Part shown: piece after piece, positions 63,791 through 64,000 of the stretch | How the letters are laid out: every line of letters begins with the position of its first letter | How positions within the stretch are numbered: the first letter of the stretch is position 1 | Source: Lama glama | Lineage: Eukaryota | Assembly (NCBI GenBank): GCA_028534125.1 | Contig: CM052828.1 | Location: 16,182,001 to 16,246,000, forward strand | Reading direction: 5' to 3' | DNA: 64,000 bases | The notes under the pieces: generated by a model | Seen by the model: the letters and a program-made list of their open reading frames with translations, nothing else | Told to the model about the DNA's origin: nothing | Databases searched by the model: none | Made by a program: the position numbers and the translations under genes

Positions 63791-64000
63791 GAGAGACTAA
63801 GAGACTTCGGTTCTCTGACACTGTCATGAGCCTGGCACTTTAGCAGGGCCAGGATCGAGGACTTGCCATTTCTGTGTTTTACAGAGGAAGGCTTTTGTGC
63901 CATTATCAACTTATCTTCCTTTCGAAATATCCCTCAATATTAGGTTAGCGGAAGAATTTTTTGGCCGCGGTGGAATTGGGGATGGGACCGGGGCGGGGGT

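Larger units (their letters stand above)
21792..64000 (+). other. SIAH3: SIAH3 intron 1 (extends past the window end)
   Basis: GT donor at 21792. The exon-2 peptide (YVSSRR... with His-rich tract) is absent from the ORF track. Mammalian SIAH3 is known to have two coding exons separated by a very large intron. Confidence 0.85.

Overview
Mammalian genomic DNA, most likely a camelid. It carries tRNA-Ala-derived Vic-1-type SINEs and an artiodactyl-type Tigger1 derivative, and I saw no Alu, Bov-A/B or PRE-1 elements. The only protein-coding sequence I recognise is coding exon 1 of SIAH3 (seven-in-absentia homolog 3): + strand, 21657-21791, MLFFTQCFGAVLDLIHLRFQHYKAKRVFSAAGQLVCVVNPTHNLK, followed by a GTGAGT donor. 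Positions 1-21.5 kb are upstream intergenic/promoter DNA. Positions 21792-64000 are the long first intron; exon 2 (His-rich tract and substrate-binding domain) is not seen in the window. The rest is an ordinary eutherian repeat landscape (MIR, L2, old and young L1, MaLR/ERVL LTRs, hAT and Tigger fossils), often nested, with eight N-gaps and several repeat-free, motif-dense islands that look like enhancers. Repeat subfamily names are from recall of consensus sequences, and old-repeat boundaries are approximate. I found no convincing novel multi-gene system. The best leads are peptide motifs in the SIAH3-specific exon 1, an LTR-derived CTCF-like site, candidate enhancers, a 1-kb intronic ORF and unusual retrotransposition products.
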